From Psammoneis japonica (lineage: Eukaryota): a stretch of DNA of 64,000 nucleotides. The DNA lies in contig QPGO01000233.1 in assembly GCA_008632985.1 (NCBI GenBank), positions 1 to 64,000 on the forward strand. Direction: 5' to 3'. The translations under genes and the position numbers were made by a program. This document shows, in pieces, positions 1-13,096 of the stretch; the first letter of the stretch is position 1; every line of letters begins with the position of its first letter. The notes below the pieces were generated by a model, which searched no databases, was not told where the DNA came from, and saw only the letters and a list, made by a program, of their open reading frames with translations.

Positions 1-716
1 TGCCGGTGCCATGCATGGAACATGGAACGGTGTGGCATTGGCATTGATCGCTGACCTTTGACCTTCCTCAGGCTTGGTCATCGTGCACACCACACGCACG
101 ACGTGTGCCAACTGCTGCGGCAGCGCCCGTTGTCGCAACGGAAACAAGTTAAAAACATCTCAAGCACAGCAGCGCAATGTTGGACAGACGACTGTCGTGC
201 TTTTTTTGCGATTTGCGCGACAAATTGCTGTCGACGCCGACGATGACGATGACATTTTTCTGACGGTCTTGCAGAACGACTTTACAACATGCACTTAATG
301 ACGTCATCAATGATGCTCTTATGAACACGAATACGTAAAGAAAGCCACCCGGACGAACTCACAATCGTTCGACAATTGAATGCATCAAATGACAGTCAAA
401 AAACAGAGCTCAGCATTGGCGCGACGTTTTGCGATTGAATGAAGGCTGCTCCTGGTCCATCAAATGACTCAATGTGTTCGTAAATTTAACAATCTAAATG
501 TCCATAACTCTCAAAGACTCCAGGACACGTCGATGTCGTCGCTGTCATTACGACAACGCACCGCCGTCATGTCGCCGATTTTCAGCGATGATCGTGTAGC
601 GTGCACGAAGTTTCCAGCACAAAAAAAATTCAGAATGTCAAATCGTCTTGCCATCCATCAGCTCGTTGTGCGAATACGTTAATAGAAACATTAGTGTTTT
701 GATTGACATGCATGCG

Positions 717-1256
717 TGTGACGAGGAAAAAACTGGTCAAAGTTTTTTAGTCATCACATTAAGACACGTATGTTTAAAGTGTCTGTTGACCCAAACAACA
801 GAAGAATCTGCAGGTGCATGTGGACGAAAACGCTGGTCAAAGTTTTTCAGCCATCACATCAAGAAAAATCTTCAGGTGTGGAGGAAAAACCGGTCAAAGT
901 GTTTTGGCCATCACATCAAGACACGAGTGTTTGACATGTCTGTTGATGGAAACAACAGAAAAATCTTCAGGTGTGGAGGAAAAAACTGGTCAAAGTTTTT
1001 CAGCCATCACATCAAGACACCAATGTTCAACATGTCTGTTGACGGAAACAACAGAAAAATCCTCAGGTGTGGAGGAAAAAATGGCCATCACATGAAGACA
1101 CGAATGTTTGACATGTCTGTTGATGGAAACAACAGAAAAATCTTCAGGTGTGGAGGAAAAAACCAGCCAAAGTTTTTCAGCCATCGCATCAAGACACGAA
1201 TGTTCAACATGTCTGTTGAAGGAAACAACAGAAAAATCTTCAGGTGTGGAGGAAAG
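717..1256. repeat. Tandem repeat, ~96-bp unit, about 5-6 imperfect copies
   Basis: The anchor GTGGAGGAAA recurs at about 878, 973, 1069, 1150 and 1246, within the unit ...CAGCCATCACATCAAGACAC...TGTCTGTTGATGGAAACAACAGAAAAATCTTCAGGT. Confidence 0.9.
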
Positions 1257-1261
1257 GTCTT

Positions 1262-1285
1262 TCTCTCTCTCTCTCTCTCTCTCTC
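1262..1285. repeat. (TC)n microsatellite
   Basis: Visible run of about 12 TC units. Confidence 0.95.
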
Positions 1286-2180
1286 ACAAAAGAACAAGTG
1301 AGCAAACAAACGATTGACAGCAATGGCGCCCAAGGGTGTGTGCAAGGACAGCGTGCAATGTTGACAACCCCAGATTTTGAGTGCGTGTCATCTTCCAGCT
1401 CGTCCCAGATGCCCCTCATGCCAAACTTTGACACATCATCTGTGGATCCTTTTGCCACTTCATCGTGGAACAAAAGTGACAAAGAGCAGCTTGCAGCTCA
1501 TGATCTGCCATCTGCTTCGACGCACAAATCCAGCGGCACCTCTTGTTTGACTTGGATTTTAACTCATGGAAAGTCAAGAACATGGAAAGGCCGTGGTGAC
1601 TTTTGAGGAAGCTTTGTGCATCTGCTTGACTCGTTGACGGGATCACGCCTTGGTGGCCAATTTGCGCAATGATGTGGGAGTTTGTCACACCCACTTGGGG
1701 AATGTTTGTGCTGCATTTTCCAATGCTTCAAGGGCACATGAAGTGCAACAAAATTTGGCTCAGAAGCAACAACCACAGGAAGCTGCTGTGGAGCAAGACA
1801 AGATGCAAATGGACACTGCCGGCACACTCTGCAATCATGTGAAGGTCTGCATTTGAAATGGACACAACACAAGGGAGACTCGCTGACGGCTTCTTGTTGG
1901 AATGGTCATGTGACACAGTCTTGGTCTTTTGTGAAGCGTTGGCCATTCAAAAAAAAATTGTCGCATCCATTGCTCCGTGACACAGCGCATTTGTCCCTGG
2001 GCAATTTGCAATGACAGCTTTCTGAGGAACAAAAGAGTCAATCAGGTGTGCATGCAGCCCCTTCTGTGGCTGATGCAGCTTCTTCTTGGCTCTGTCCCAA
2101 ACCTTCTTCACAACAAAAAATGCTGAATCTGAGCATGGCAAATCCAAAATCAGCTCATGATTGATCAACGGAGTTGTCAT

Positions 2181-4790
2181 TGACAAACATCTGAGATGGG
2201 GGGCACACTCCCTTGTGTTGGACAGACTGGCATGGATGGCATGGAGAGATCTGACAATCTCTTCTTTGCTCACTTTCTTTCTCATCTGGCGCACAATTGT
2301 CACTGTCCCAGACATCTGTCAGATTGTCCCAAATGCCGGCAATCCGCAAGGTTGTGAGCAGCAGCGCCATTCATCTTCCTCTGTGCTGCTGTGCTGCAAC
2401 ATCCATTGTGTGATTTGGTGACTTTTCTTCGTTGAAATTGCCATCATTGTCGCAGCTGTTTTTCACTCTTGATTTGTGATCACCACAACCACCGCAGAAC
2501 ACGCGCCAGAGCTCTGCACAGGAATTTGATTTTTTTCCGTGCAACCATGGTGAACAAAAATGCAAACGCCATCAATTTGACCAAGATCACCTCAACAATG
2601 GTCAAATTCAAGCTGCACCACCTCTCACCTGATGCCCACATTTTCCTGAATGCCCTTCATTTGGATGAGATCCCTGCTCCTGAAGATCTTCTGGATGGAT
2701 TTGCTCCTCAAGGCCTCAAGAGCAACACTTGCAACTCTCCATCATGAGATTGTTCATGACCTCGTCATTCCCCAAGCTGTGCTGACCAAAGATCTTGCGC
2801 ACATTGGACCACTCACAGACAAGGCTCCTCCATTTGTGGCTGCTCCTCAAGGTCATCAGGTTCATCTGAATCCTGCCAATCTTCAGAAGACTGTGATCAA
2901 AGCAATCTCAGAAGGTCACAACACCACAACGACATGTGTTGAGACTGTTCGTCTCCATTTCGTCCTGGTTTTTAGCACTGTGATTGTCAGGATGATGTCT
3001 TTGATGTCCCGCATCCAAACTTGTTGTCTGCCCCAAGTTCTTCACCTCTGCCATCTGCTGCTGCAGGCACAACCCCTGAAGATCTTGCCAAAGCATCGGC
3101 CACTCATTTGCCTGGTCCAAAAGAGTTTGAGCAAGCCATGACAAATGTGTTGAAGAGTGTTTCAAGCTCCAATGGATTTGTTGAGTCCAAGTTGTGCCCA
3201 GATCCTGCCTCCATTGCCAGCAGCTGCAACGCTGCTGTTGCATCTTGTGTTGAAGATGTGCTTGCTGTGGACATGTCGGATGGACCCTGCGGATGACAGT
3301 TCCTTGAATGTCAAGTCTGCCACATCTGTTGTGGAACCTGTGGGCAAGCCATCCACATGGGTGCTCGGGTGGACCCTGCGGATGCCAACTCCTTGAATGT
3401 CAAGTCTGCCATGTCTGTCATGGAACCTGCAGGTGAGCCATCTGCAGATGTTGATGCCAGATCCCTTGCAATTCCTGCCAAATTGGCAATGCTTCTTGCC
3501 AACATCCATGCCTGCCTGCTCCAGACCCCAAAGTTTTTTGTTTCTGGCCACTCCGTTGTTCCGTGCAAAGATGGCCACATTTGCCTCCAGGATGGAATGC
3601 CCCCCATTGCCAAGGTTGCACCCAACAAGCTGCTTGCAACATGTGTGCCACTGTCATCTGACACTTGCGGATGCCACCAGTGCTCTGTTGCTCATCAAGT
3701 TGATTTGCACTTGGATTTTTGGTTCGACTGTTGTCAATTTTAGACACACGCCGCCACCACTCCTTCTGTTGTCCAAACAAGACCAATGGAAGCAGGGCAG
3801 TTGTGAAAGTGGACCATGGAGTCTTGCTGCCTTCTGCCATCACATCTCTTTCCTCTGTTGTCAGGACCGTTGTTGTGTCTGTTTGTGCTTTTCATGGTGC
3901 TCTGGACCTGTCCACCATCGCTGATGATGATTCTTCATTTTCTGATCAAGGGAGGGAGCAACACCATGCAGAGGAAGTGCACAAGATTTACAATCACACC
4001 AACTCTTCCAGCACGTTGCCTCTTTCCTTCACTGTCAAGATCATTGTGGTGTTGAACAGCATTTTTCCTGGTGCTCCCAACCTGTCGACCATCCCTGACA
4101 ATGACCCTGTGATTTTTTGTCAGGGGAGGGATCCTGTGGTGAAGAGGAAGAATGCAAGGCTGTTGAGAATTCAACCTTCAACCAAGAAACCTTGCTTGAC
4201 CACCATGATTCAGCGCGGTGCTTGCTCACTGTGCATCGCTGTTCTTCCAACATTGAGCAATTTTACGATGTGCTTTGTTTGTCCAACATGTTTTTCAGGG
4301 GCAACACAAATGGTGGCAGAAGCACTGGCTTGTCATGTGGATTGCTGTTGCTTCATTTTCGCTGCATCATCTGCCACAGCACAACTCGCCAGAGTGTCCC
4401 ATTGCAGTCAATCATTTGTGGAATGACAAAGTTGTTCTTTGGTGCATGACTCAATTCATCCAAAAGATTTTTGTTGGGAAGCCTTTGACTTTTTTTTGTT
4501 GAAGGCCAATGCATCGATTGCGCGATGAATGTTTTTTGTTTCCAACATGCTCCTTGCTTGATGGGCCATCATGGTTGATTGTCACTGTGTTTTGCGAAAC
4601 AAGTCTTGGCCATTTCTTTTGGTCTTCTTCTTTGTTCTGCTGTTCTGGCCCTCTCTTTTTGTTTGGATTGTCTCTTTCTTTCTTGATGAGCACAGCATCA
4701 GCTCATCAGGGGAGGGTGACAGACATCCTGGATGGGGGCCACACTCCCTTGTGTCAGACAGACTGGTGTGGATGGCATGGAGAGATCTGT
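2181..4790 (+). mobile_element. Degenerate LTR-retroelement-like remnant (two LTR-like starts)
   Basis: A ~75-bp direct repeat begins TGACA at 2181 and 4717. The second copy is directly preceded by the polypurine tract AGGGGAGGG (4708-4716). The interior is too degenerate to assign domains. Confidence 0.4.
3281..3447. repeat. Two-copy ~89-bp tandem repeat with reciprocal CA/TG differences
   Basis: GGACCCTGCGGATG...CCTTGAATGTCAAGTCTGCC at 3282 and 3371. The copies differ by five CA<->TG swaps. Confidence 0.85.
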
Positions 4791-5759
4791 TGCAACCATT
4801 CTGCAGAATCTGAGACTCCGGTGAATCCTGGCATGGAATCTTCTGAAAATGAATTCTGTGGAACCAGACCTTGTGCCCATGTTTCGATTTGTGTGAATGA
4901 CGGACATTGAAGAATCCCTCTCACCAGATCACCAGAGCTCCTGTTTCTTGCCAGATTCTGAAGAATTGGCTGCTCGCTCAAGATGTGGCACCCTTGGCTC
5001 TCAGCCTCTGTTGCCTTTTTGCAGCACTTCTCTTGCTGCAATTCCATTGAGTTCATTGGTCAAAAGAGGAGAGCCTCTTTGTGTTGCTTCTTTTGCCACC
5101 ATGTCAGTTGCTGTCCTCCCCTCCTGCCCTGATGCCGATGCGTTCCAGCTCCAGGTGGGACCTTGCACTGCTGCACTGTGACATCAACAGTTTTTTGGAT
5201 CACGTCACATGTCGCGCACGCACATTTCTGCGTGTTGTGTTCTGCGAAATTGTTTCACACTCCCTGTTTTGCGAAGCCAAAGGCTTTCCATTTTCAACAT
5301 TCATGAGAACAAAAATGTGCTGGGTGTGTTTTTTGATGTCTGCAGAACACACCCGGGCAAACTGTTGATGATGTGCTCCAAGCATGAAGGAGGAGATGCG
5401 TTCATAAGATTGCCTCTTTTTCTGTTGGTGATCATTTGTATTTTCATTACAGTGCAAATTTGCTGCGGAGCTCGCACGTGGAATTCCACAGGCCCAATGT
5501 CACACGGAGCCCCACCTGGGGCTGGAACCCGTTTGCCACTGTTGTGACTTCTCCCGAGAAGGTCAGGAGCATTTTCATGGAGACCAAACACCAAGATGCC
5601 TTCAACAAGGCAGCATTTGGCATTGAGAATGATGACTTTGCCAGTGCTGTGATCCCACCAAAGTCCAAGCTCCTGCTTCAATCTGAGTGGGAGAAGAGGG
5701 TTTGGGCAGTGAAGCCCTGCATCAGCGAATGGCGATCAGTTGGCAAGAGGGTCTGGTTG

Positions 5760-6900
5760 CGGAAAAAGATGCAGAAGAGCCATCACCAGCCAATCCCCAC
5801 GGTGCCATGGGAGGAAATCTGACATCGGCTGCACTTGGAGTCATTAAAGGACTGGTGGGGCCCGCCATTTTGTGTCCACCACACGTCTTGGCCTTGACTG
5901 CTGTCGTGTTTTTGTTTTCCTCGGATTGCTTGTTCAAGAGTTGGGCTCTGGAAAATAAGAAGGAGCAGTCCATCAAGCCCATTCTCAAACACGAGGAAGA
6001 GCCACTGCAACCCAACAAGAAAAGTTGTCATGCTGACGTGTCCTGAATTGGCATGTTGTGCTCTGGGACCAACCGGCGAGAGCTTGGTCAAGCTGGGATT
6101 GGCCTTGGTGCAATCGGGAGTGTGCTTGACGCATTTGATTTTTGTCCCGCAAAACTTGCACTCGTCCTTTCTCCTGCTCTTTGGGTTGGACTGGAGCGCA
6201 CGATGGTGGTTGATTGCCATGGTGCTGATTCAAATACCCCTGTCGTGGATTCGTGATATTCGCAAGCTGACGCCTACCAACTTACTTGCCAATACGTTAA
6301 TACTGTATGGTTTACTGATTTGCTTGGGGTATGCTGTACGCCAAACCGTGGGAGGAGAACTAGTCTGGTATGAAGACATTTACAAGAGCGTGACCAGTCT
6401 AAGTCCTTATCGGGACTTATGGTATTTATTCATCGGAACAAGTGTAAGACAAAATGCAGGACTCAGTGCCTGGTACTGCCTTGCGGTCATATGCACCTTT
6501 CCACTCCAAAACTTCCCCTCTCTTCAAATTGCTTGTCATTCCATGACTGTCGCAGTAAAACACCGGTATCCCAGCCTATCTTCCGACAATTGGGTCAATA
6601 CGCGCGTGCTAACGTTGCTATCAACACGCAACTTTCAATCGGCTCTGTGTGTGTGCGTGTGTGTGTTTGTTCTCGATTGTCGCGGTATGCACCATGGATT
6701 CGCTAGACAAGGTGGTGAGTCTCAAGGGGACCATGCTGGGATGTCCAATAGCACTGGTCTTTCCGCCGCAGATTCACAATCGTCTAGATCCCAACATTAC
6801 ACCGTGGAGAACGTTCTTGAATAACGTCGTGTCGGGGATGGGTTTCATTGCAGTGGTCGTTGCATCCATAATCACCATTCTCACATGGAACAATAGATGA
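5760..6900 (+). pseudogene. Amino-acid transporter (Aa_trans/SLC36-38-like) pseudogene with a hypermutated 5' half
   Basis: Recognisable segments SAALGVIKGLVGPAIL, QSGVCLTHLIFVPQNL, QIPLSWIRDIRKLTPTNLLAN, WYLFIGTS|gtaag and SLDKVVSL..GCPIALVFPP. It is frameshifted and central helices appear to be missing. The true start is uncertain (possibly about 5450). Confidence 0.8.
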
Positions 6901-6931
6901 AACAGATGCTCGAGCAGATGTCCCTTTCTTT

Positions 6932-9900
6932 TTAACTGATAGAGACTTCATTGGACTTTAACGACTGGGCCTTGACGTGTTCATTGGATGCCTTGTCCGC
7001 TACGTCTTCATTGGATGCCTGTTTTGGTTCCGGCAACGACTCGCTAGAGTCACAAAGGGATCCTTTAGAGCCAAAAAGCGAGATTCGCTCGAACTCTTTC
7101 GAACTTCCTTGCAGGTCCTGCGACAAATGCTCAACTCTCTCCAAGCTGAGCCGTTTATGCATGGAAGAAGCTTTCTTGCTGAATCGCTGCCTGCCTTTTG
7201 AGTTGGTTCCAAAGGTGAGGCGTCGCCGAGAGGCAGATATGACGGAACCGTACTTGTCGCTGAGTTGCGTCACCTTCGCCTTTGCTCCCCATTCACGGTA
7301 AACTTTGTAAGCCTGGTCCAAGTAAGACGTTGCCCAGTCCCTGTCCCCCGGCGCTTAAAGAATGCACCAGCCAGTTCGAAAGCAAGGGCGGTGTCCTGGA
7401 GAAAACCAGACCTCCGAGCGGTGCGGATTGAGTTTTCGTACATTACTTTGATGGAATCCGTGTCGTCATTAGAGACTTGAATGGATGCCAGCTCGGCTTC
7501 CAGCAACGCCAGCTTCTGCAGGCAATTAACAGCCTGAGCCTTGGCCCATTTCTTCATCTGTGCGATGCACTTGAGCGCGTGGGCTTTGCTTTGGCCTCTT
7601 TCTCCAACTCAATTCGGTTCGCAGGAGCTCAAGAGACACGAGGCCATCGAAGAATACAAATACGGAATAAATGAAATGACCTTTCACGGCTTGCAATTGC
7701 CTCGAAAACCGTCTGCCATCTCCACGCCAACGCAATGTCTCCAAAGTAGTAGCCAAGCTGCAGGCGATGCAACCAGTATATCAACATTGATGGGATATCA
7801 TTTTTTTCATCGCAGCTTTTGAGAAAACTGTCTTCCTTCATGGCTTTTCCAGACAATTTCAAAGGATTTCGAGAGCGACCCATGAGATTCAAGACAAACT
7901 GGTGATAAGGAAGATTCCCATAGTAGACAGTCATTTGATTGTATTCTAGCATCTGGGCGCAATACGACTGAAAATCTTTTTCGAGCGGCTGAAATTACAA
8001 AGAGAAAAGACGACGACGACAGCAATTGATAAGAAATGGTGTCAGCTACGCACAAGTTGACAGATGAAAAAGGCCGGGCTTACTTCCAGGGGCAGACCGG
8101 AGTACAAATAGTTGTGGGTGTAGCTACTGGCACAGAGAATTGCATTCTCTATATCACCAGTTTCCATCCCAATGATGTATCCTTTCAGTAAGGGTTCGAG
8201 AGTGTCTTGAAGAGGGTTCTGCCACGGAAATATGAATGAATATGCCACATTAGCAACTCCCGCCTCGCATTCCCGTGCGCCGCGTTTTTCGAGAATGGAC
8301 AATGCAAGCTTTCCAAATCTTGATGCCTCACTCAATTTCCCAAGCGAGCACTGCACGACTCCATACTGAGTGAAGGCAAACGAAGACAGATTTGTCTCCC
8401 CGTTACGTAGCGTGTGTTTCATTGAACGAAGCAACAGAACAACAAACAAAGTACTTTTCTTCGACCAGAACGCGCATCGAGCAATCAAAATGATCGCCTT
8501 CATTGCGCTAATCTTGTGATGGTCCGTCATTTGTGGTAGAGAGAGGAGGTCGTCATCGTCTAACTTGCGCACCATTTTCTTCACTTTTATGATGTCACGT
8601 AAGACATGTAGCATAGACGGCCTCTCGGGTATGATTTCTCCCAGCTGGGAGAGTAGCTCAAGACCAATCTTAATAGCTTCATCAAACTTTCTCTGGTTAG
8701 CAGAGAGGGACTCTATGATGGCAAAATACGCAGGGACTTTATCGTCAAGAGATCGAGCATATGATAGTACCGTGTCTGACATGAGTCTGCTCAGTTCAAT
8801 GTTCCCATTTCTTAGCTCCATTTCAGCCGAAGCGCTATGTAGCTTCAAGTTCAAGTTGTACTCTTCGTTCCAACTGTTCTTCTGGTCTTTCAGCAGCGTA
8901 ATACCATACTGGAGGTATTCTGCTGCTGGCACAAAAGCGGATATGCCCATTGCAATCTCGGCGGCTTCTAAGTTCAGCTTGGCTAATTCTGTCTTGTCAT
9001 GGTCAGATGAGATGCACCTCGAACCAAGATTTAATTGATACGCAGCAATGAACAGCAACACCTCCTTTGATCCTTTGTATGAGGTACTGCTGTACCATAT
9101 TGTTTTACCAATCTCAAGATGTAACTTGTCCTTTTCGTCGCCGTCAGCCACGAGCGAATACGCGGCTTGTTGGATACGATCATGCGAGAACTGATATCTC
9201 TTGTTAGATACCTTTTCAATGAGTCCCTCATTTTCTGCCAAGCCGAGGGTTTTTATTATCTCTTCCTCCGAATTGTGTCCATCAGATTCCGCCATGTCTA
9301 GATGTTTGATGACGGGCACTAGGAGGTCAACGTCAAAAGTCGAAAAGAGGCATGCCGCAATCTTGAGAAGGCACTGCCCCTCAGAAGCAAGACGTTTGAT
9401 TCTTGCACAAACCACGTCGACGACGTTGTCTGAGGCATCCGTTTCTGCCACAATGCGATCAATATCCCAGCTCCAATCATAAGATATGAGAGAAAATGAA
9501 ATTAAACCATCGCACTGGAGCATGTCGAGGAACTGCAAGACAAAGAAAGGGTTACCATGAGTTCGACGATACACAAGATCCGACAGCGGTCGAATTGATG
9601 ATGGATCGTGTCTCATGAGGTCCGAAAGCATCTCGTTGACGGTTTCGAGGCTGAGATTAACCAGCGTGATTCGGTGAATTTCTTTTTGGCTTTCAATGTC
9701 CGTGAACGTCTTCGATACTGCGTGGTCCTCGTCCACTTCGTTTTCCCGGTAGGTGCCGATGAACAAAAAGTTCTTCAAGTTATCGAAGGTCGCCAACGCT
9801 TTTATTAGCTCCAATGAGGAAGCATCAGCCCATTGCAAGTCATCCAGAAACACTACAAGGGGCTGAAAATGCTCGCAAACTGCCTGAACAAACGATCGAA

Positions 9901-10414
9901 ACACAAAAAGAAGCCGATTGAAAGCCTCTGCGCTTCCTGAAACATGTGTGGAATTGCCCGGATCACCAATGATAGGTCGAAGTTCTGGAATTACATCTAT
10001 TAGCACTTGTCCTTCAGACCCGACAGCATTTCTGATTGCCTCGCTCGCTTGTTCTGTTTGTTCAGAATGGAGAATTTTGGTGCACAACTCGTTGAACGCA
10101 ACAGCTAATGCAGAGTATGGCTCCATGTTTCCAAAGTGGTCAAATTTCCCCGCTACAAACATTGCATTTTCTTCATCGATCTGATAACGAAAGTTCCGGA
10201 CGAGGCAACTCTTTCCTGTTCCTGAATATCCCGAAATTACCAGCACTTCGTTTGCCGCCGCTTCCAGGCTGACGTTAGCGTATACATTTTCAAGTGTTTG
10301 AAATTCTTTAGAACGCCCATAAAGCCGCAAACCGGTCAGATTAAGTTGCGTGGCAGTTGCAAATGATAGTGACGAATCCTTGGAACACGATGAAAAGGTC
10401 GCACTCGTACTCAT
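6932..10414 (-). CDS. STAND-class (AAA_16/COG3899-like) predicted ATPase with a helical C-terminal region
   Basis: LYGR motif, Walker A GYSGTGKS, Walker B VFLDDLQWAD, THGNPFF and FSHDRIQQAAY. Intron 8083-7989 (GT..AG). The last exon is broken by about three frameshifts near 7730, 7600 and 7335. Confidence 0.85.
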
Positions 10415-10842
10415 CGTTCTCTTTTCTTTCCAGGTATAAAACACTTTTGCTACTCTCGCAAAACACGCTTGCTACTCTCACAATTTTCAATTTTACCCGA
10501 GATGAACAAGAGGAAAGAGAAGACCGTGCGGTAAAACATTAATTTTGCCATGAACAATGGACAATGAAGAATAAGCAACGCTAGGTACAGTAGACTAACA
10601 CCCCTACCATGCGGCGGCGCCGCCCTCCGGAGAATAGTCGCTCGAGGCAATAGGAAATGCTTTGTTCATCTACATTATTTTGTCTATTTTTTCGTACAAC
10701 TATGTTAGTAAGACTCTTTTTGAGACTATGACAATGACTCAATGTTGTAATAAAGACTTGTATAAAACCATATTGCCCTCCAATTGCCTCAACAAATCCC
10801 GGTGACAACCGCAACAGAGGTGCACCTCTGACCCGCAAGTGG

Positions 10843-11523
10843 TCTGCACTGTATTCTTGACAAGGACTGACATAGACTCCAGTACAATCGACATCCGTAA
10901 AGGTGACAACCTTGAAATATGGATTGCTCTCTGCGATTTTCTTTATCCACTCATTGCACGACCCGCAGGGAGGGAGTGGATTCAAGTCCTAATTTGGTCG
11001 AGAGAATATAACTTAAGTTAGACGAAAAAAATCGGAGCTTCAAAGAAGTAAAGGCGGTTCAACCAATCTTACCTCTGAGGAATTTACAACAACCTTGCGC
11101 TTCTGTTGAGTCTTTTCATACGGATTTGAGTAGAGGCTAATGACACGCTTTGGCGTTATTGGTGGCGTCTTGTTGGGTGTCGAAGAAACCAGAGACATTG
11201 ATGGCGGCATATCAAAGGCAGGCGGAACTGACGCAGAAACGGCAGGTGAGAATCTGGGAGACTTGCGCACGGTAACAACATTCCTTCTGTCTTGAGGGAT
11301 TCTCGATTCGCTCTTGCTGCTGTCTGAGTCTTGCCGTGGGGCGTTTTCCACGACCCAGTCTTCTTCCCGCCCCGACCCTTCATCCTCTTGATTAGCATTG
11401 GTCTCTTCTTGAATGACGCTAGAGAAACTCTCCATACTTGAGGACCGTCCAATCGGATCACTTCGCGGTTTGACATCCGTCGATACCTTGTAGCACATCA
11501 ACGACTCGGACGATCCCGCACCT
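10843..11523 (-). pseudogene. Partial duplicate of the 3' end of the deaminase-like gene (16222-16906), including its last intron
   Basis: Near-identical to 16222-16906 at an offset of 5383. It encodes NPLPPCGSCNEW but lacks the CAE half, and the stop codon is lost. Confidence 0.9.
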
Positions 11524-13096
11524 AGGAGTACGTTGTCAAGGGCGACCCCAGCAAATTTAAATCTATGAAGGAATCCACCGGAGAAACGACGTCCGGGTGC
11601 GCCTTTTCTTTGCTTTAGGTTCGTACAGTACAGTACGGTATACCCTGAGACAAATCTTCACAGCCTTCACCTTTCCTTTCAGCTCTTGTCTAAATGCCGT
11701 AGAGCTTTCTTTCTTGCCTTTGCGCTGGAAAATGATGGAGCGGTACGCTTCAGAGCAAACACGATTCGAGCGTGAATAGGCTTTATGACCGACTCCTTCT
11801 GTTGAGGCTGCCTCCTTCTCATTTATTCCTCCGGTGAGTCGCTGAAACGTCTGAACCCATCGTGGCATGCTGGCCATTACGTGTTTCCTCGGCAACGACA
11901 TTATTTCTCTCTGACACTTTACGCCCGTCAATGAACGTAGCAACTTCATACACTATCTCGTGTGCAAGCATGATAAATTTTGGGTGTAACAATGTAAGTT
12001 GCCCTTTGTTCAAGATGCGATCTTCTATGCAATAGTATCTTACCAAATATACCTCGTCGCTCACAATGTCCTTCTCCGTTGCACTCATTTGGTACAGAAT
12101 CTTTAGCTTCGAGATGCTCTGTGTATTCTCTCCATCGTTGCCATCCTGTTCGTCGCCCCCAACACCACCACAGTGCTTTGACTTCGTGTTGTAAAGGGCG
12201 CCCCCTGCAAATCTGTTCACGTCTACAGCTGTAGCGAGCCATTTTGCCGTGTCGAAGAAGTGGGAGTTGGTTGGTTTGCGACCGGTACTCCTACTCTCCG
12301 TCTCTCCGGGCGTCCAATGAGCCGCCCAATCAGAATCGGCAAAGAATACGAAGCTGTCATCTCTTCTGCATGTGCTCTGTGTCAATAGTATGAATGTCGT
12401 GAACTCGTTTATCCAGAAGTGATTGTCGCTGTTCGAGCCGAGACGCTGCGGTAAGTTGCCCCCCCCCCCCTCATAAATGGATCGGGTGCCAGATGACCAG
12501 CTGTTTGATTTCTTTAAGGTTAGGCAAGCTCTAAGGGTGCAAAGTGCAAATGATGGCGAGTAAATACTGCGAACTTGTGCAGCTTGTGCGACGACGCTGA
12601 TGGAACGCATCGGAGACCGTTTTGTCCTAGACGGCTGTCAAGAGGACCTGTAGAGATTTTCAGTCTTTCGTCGCGTTCAAAAAGGGTTGATCAGTCACGC
12701 ATTCGAGAGACATATTCACAACAGATGCAATGGATGTCTAGCTTTCAAACGGTATGTGCATGTTTTTTTGTGATGGTGTGTTTATGTTTAACTTTCTTTT
12801 CCAGAATCTAATAGTTGTGGAGCTTGTCTTGTTATCTCGCTTCTTCTTCTCATCCGCTTGGACGCCATGAGCTCTCGGTACCGACGGTTTTGCGGACTCG
12901 ACAGAATCATTGCTGTGGGTCACCCTATCCAAGTGGCTCGGGCATAAGAGTTCATGGACATCGTTCACAAACCAGAAAGTAAGAAATTCAAGTGAACAAG
13001 ACTAGCCCCTTGTTGACGCTTTACCAATTCTCAATATCCATGGGCTCTCCCATCGGATAGTCAACGTCCATCGGATCGCCAACATCAATCGGATCG

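Larger units (their letters stand above)
1..6230. other. TpA/CpG-depleted hypermutated block A (degenerate repeat/TE DNA plus the 5' half of a host gene)
   Basis: TpA is very rare and CpG is rare from about 720 onward, with a TG/CA excess. Six-frame ORFs are Cys/His-rich and nearly Tyr-free. Normal TA content returns abruptly at about 6233. Confidence 0.85.

Noticed and set aside
717..1256. Possible CRISPR array
   Set aside because: The whole unit is repeated with no unique spacers, there are no cas genes, and the context is eukaryotic.
11563..12610. Minus-strand ORFs of 128 and 263 aa
   Set aside because: No recognisable domain and apparently interrupted, so I cannot support a product call.
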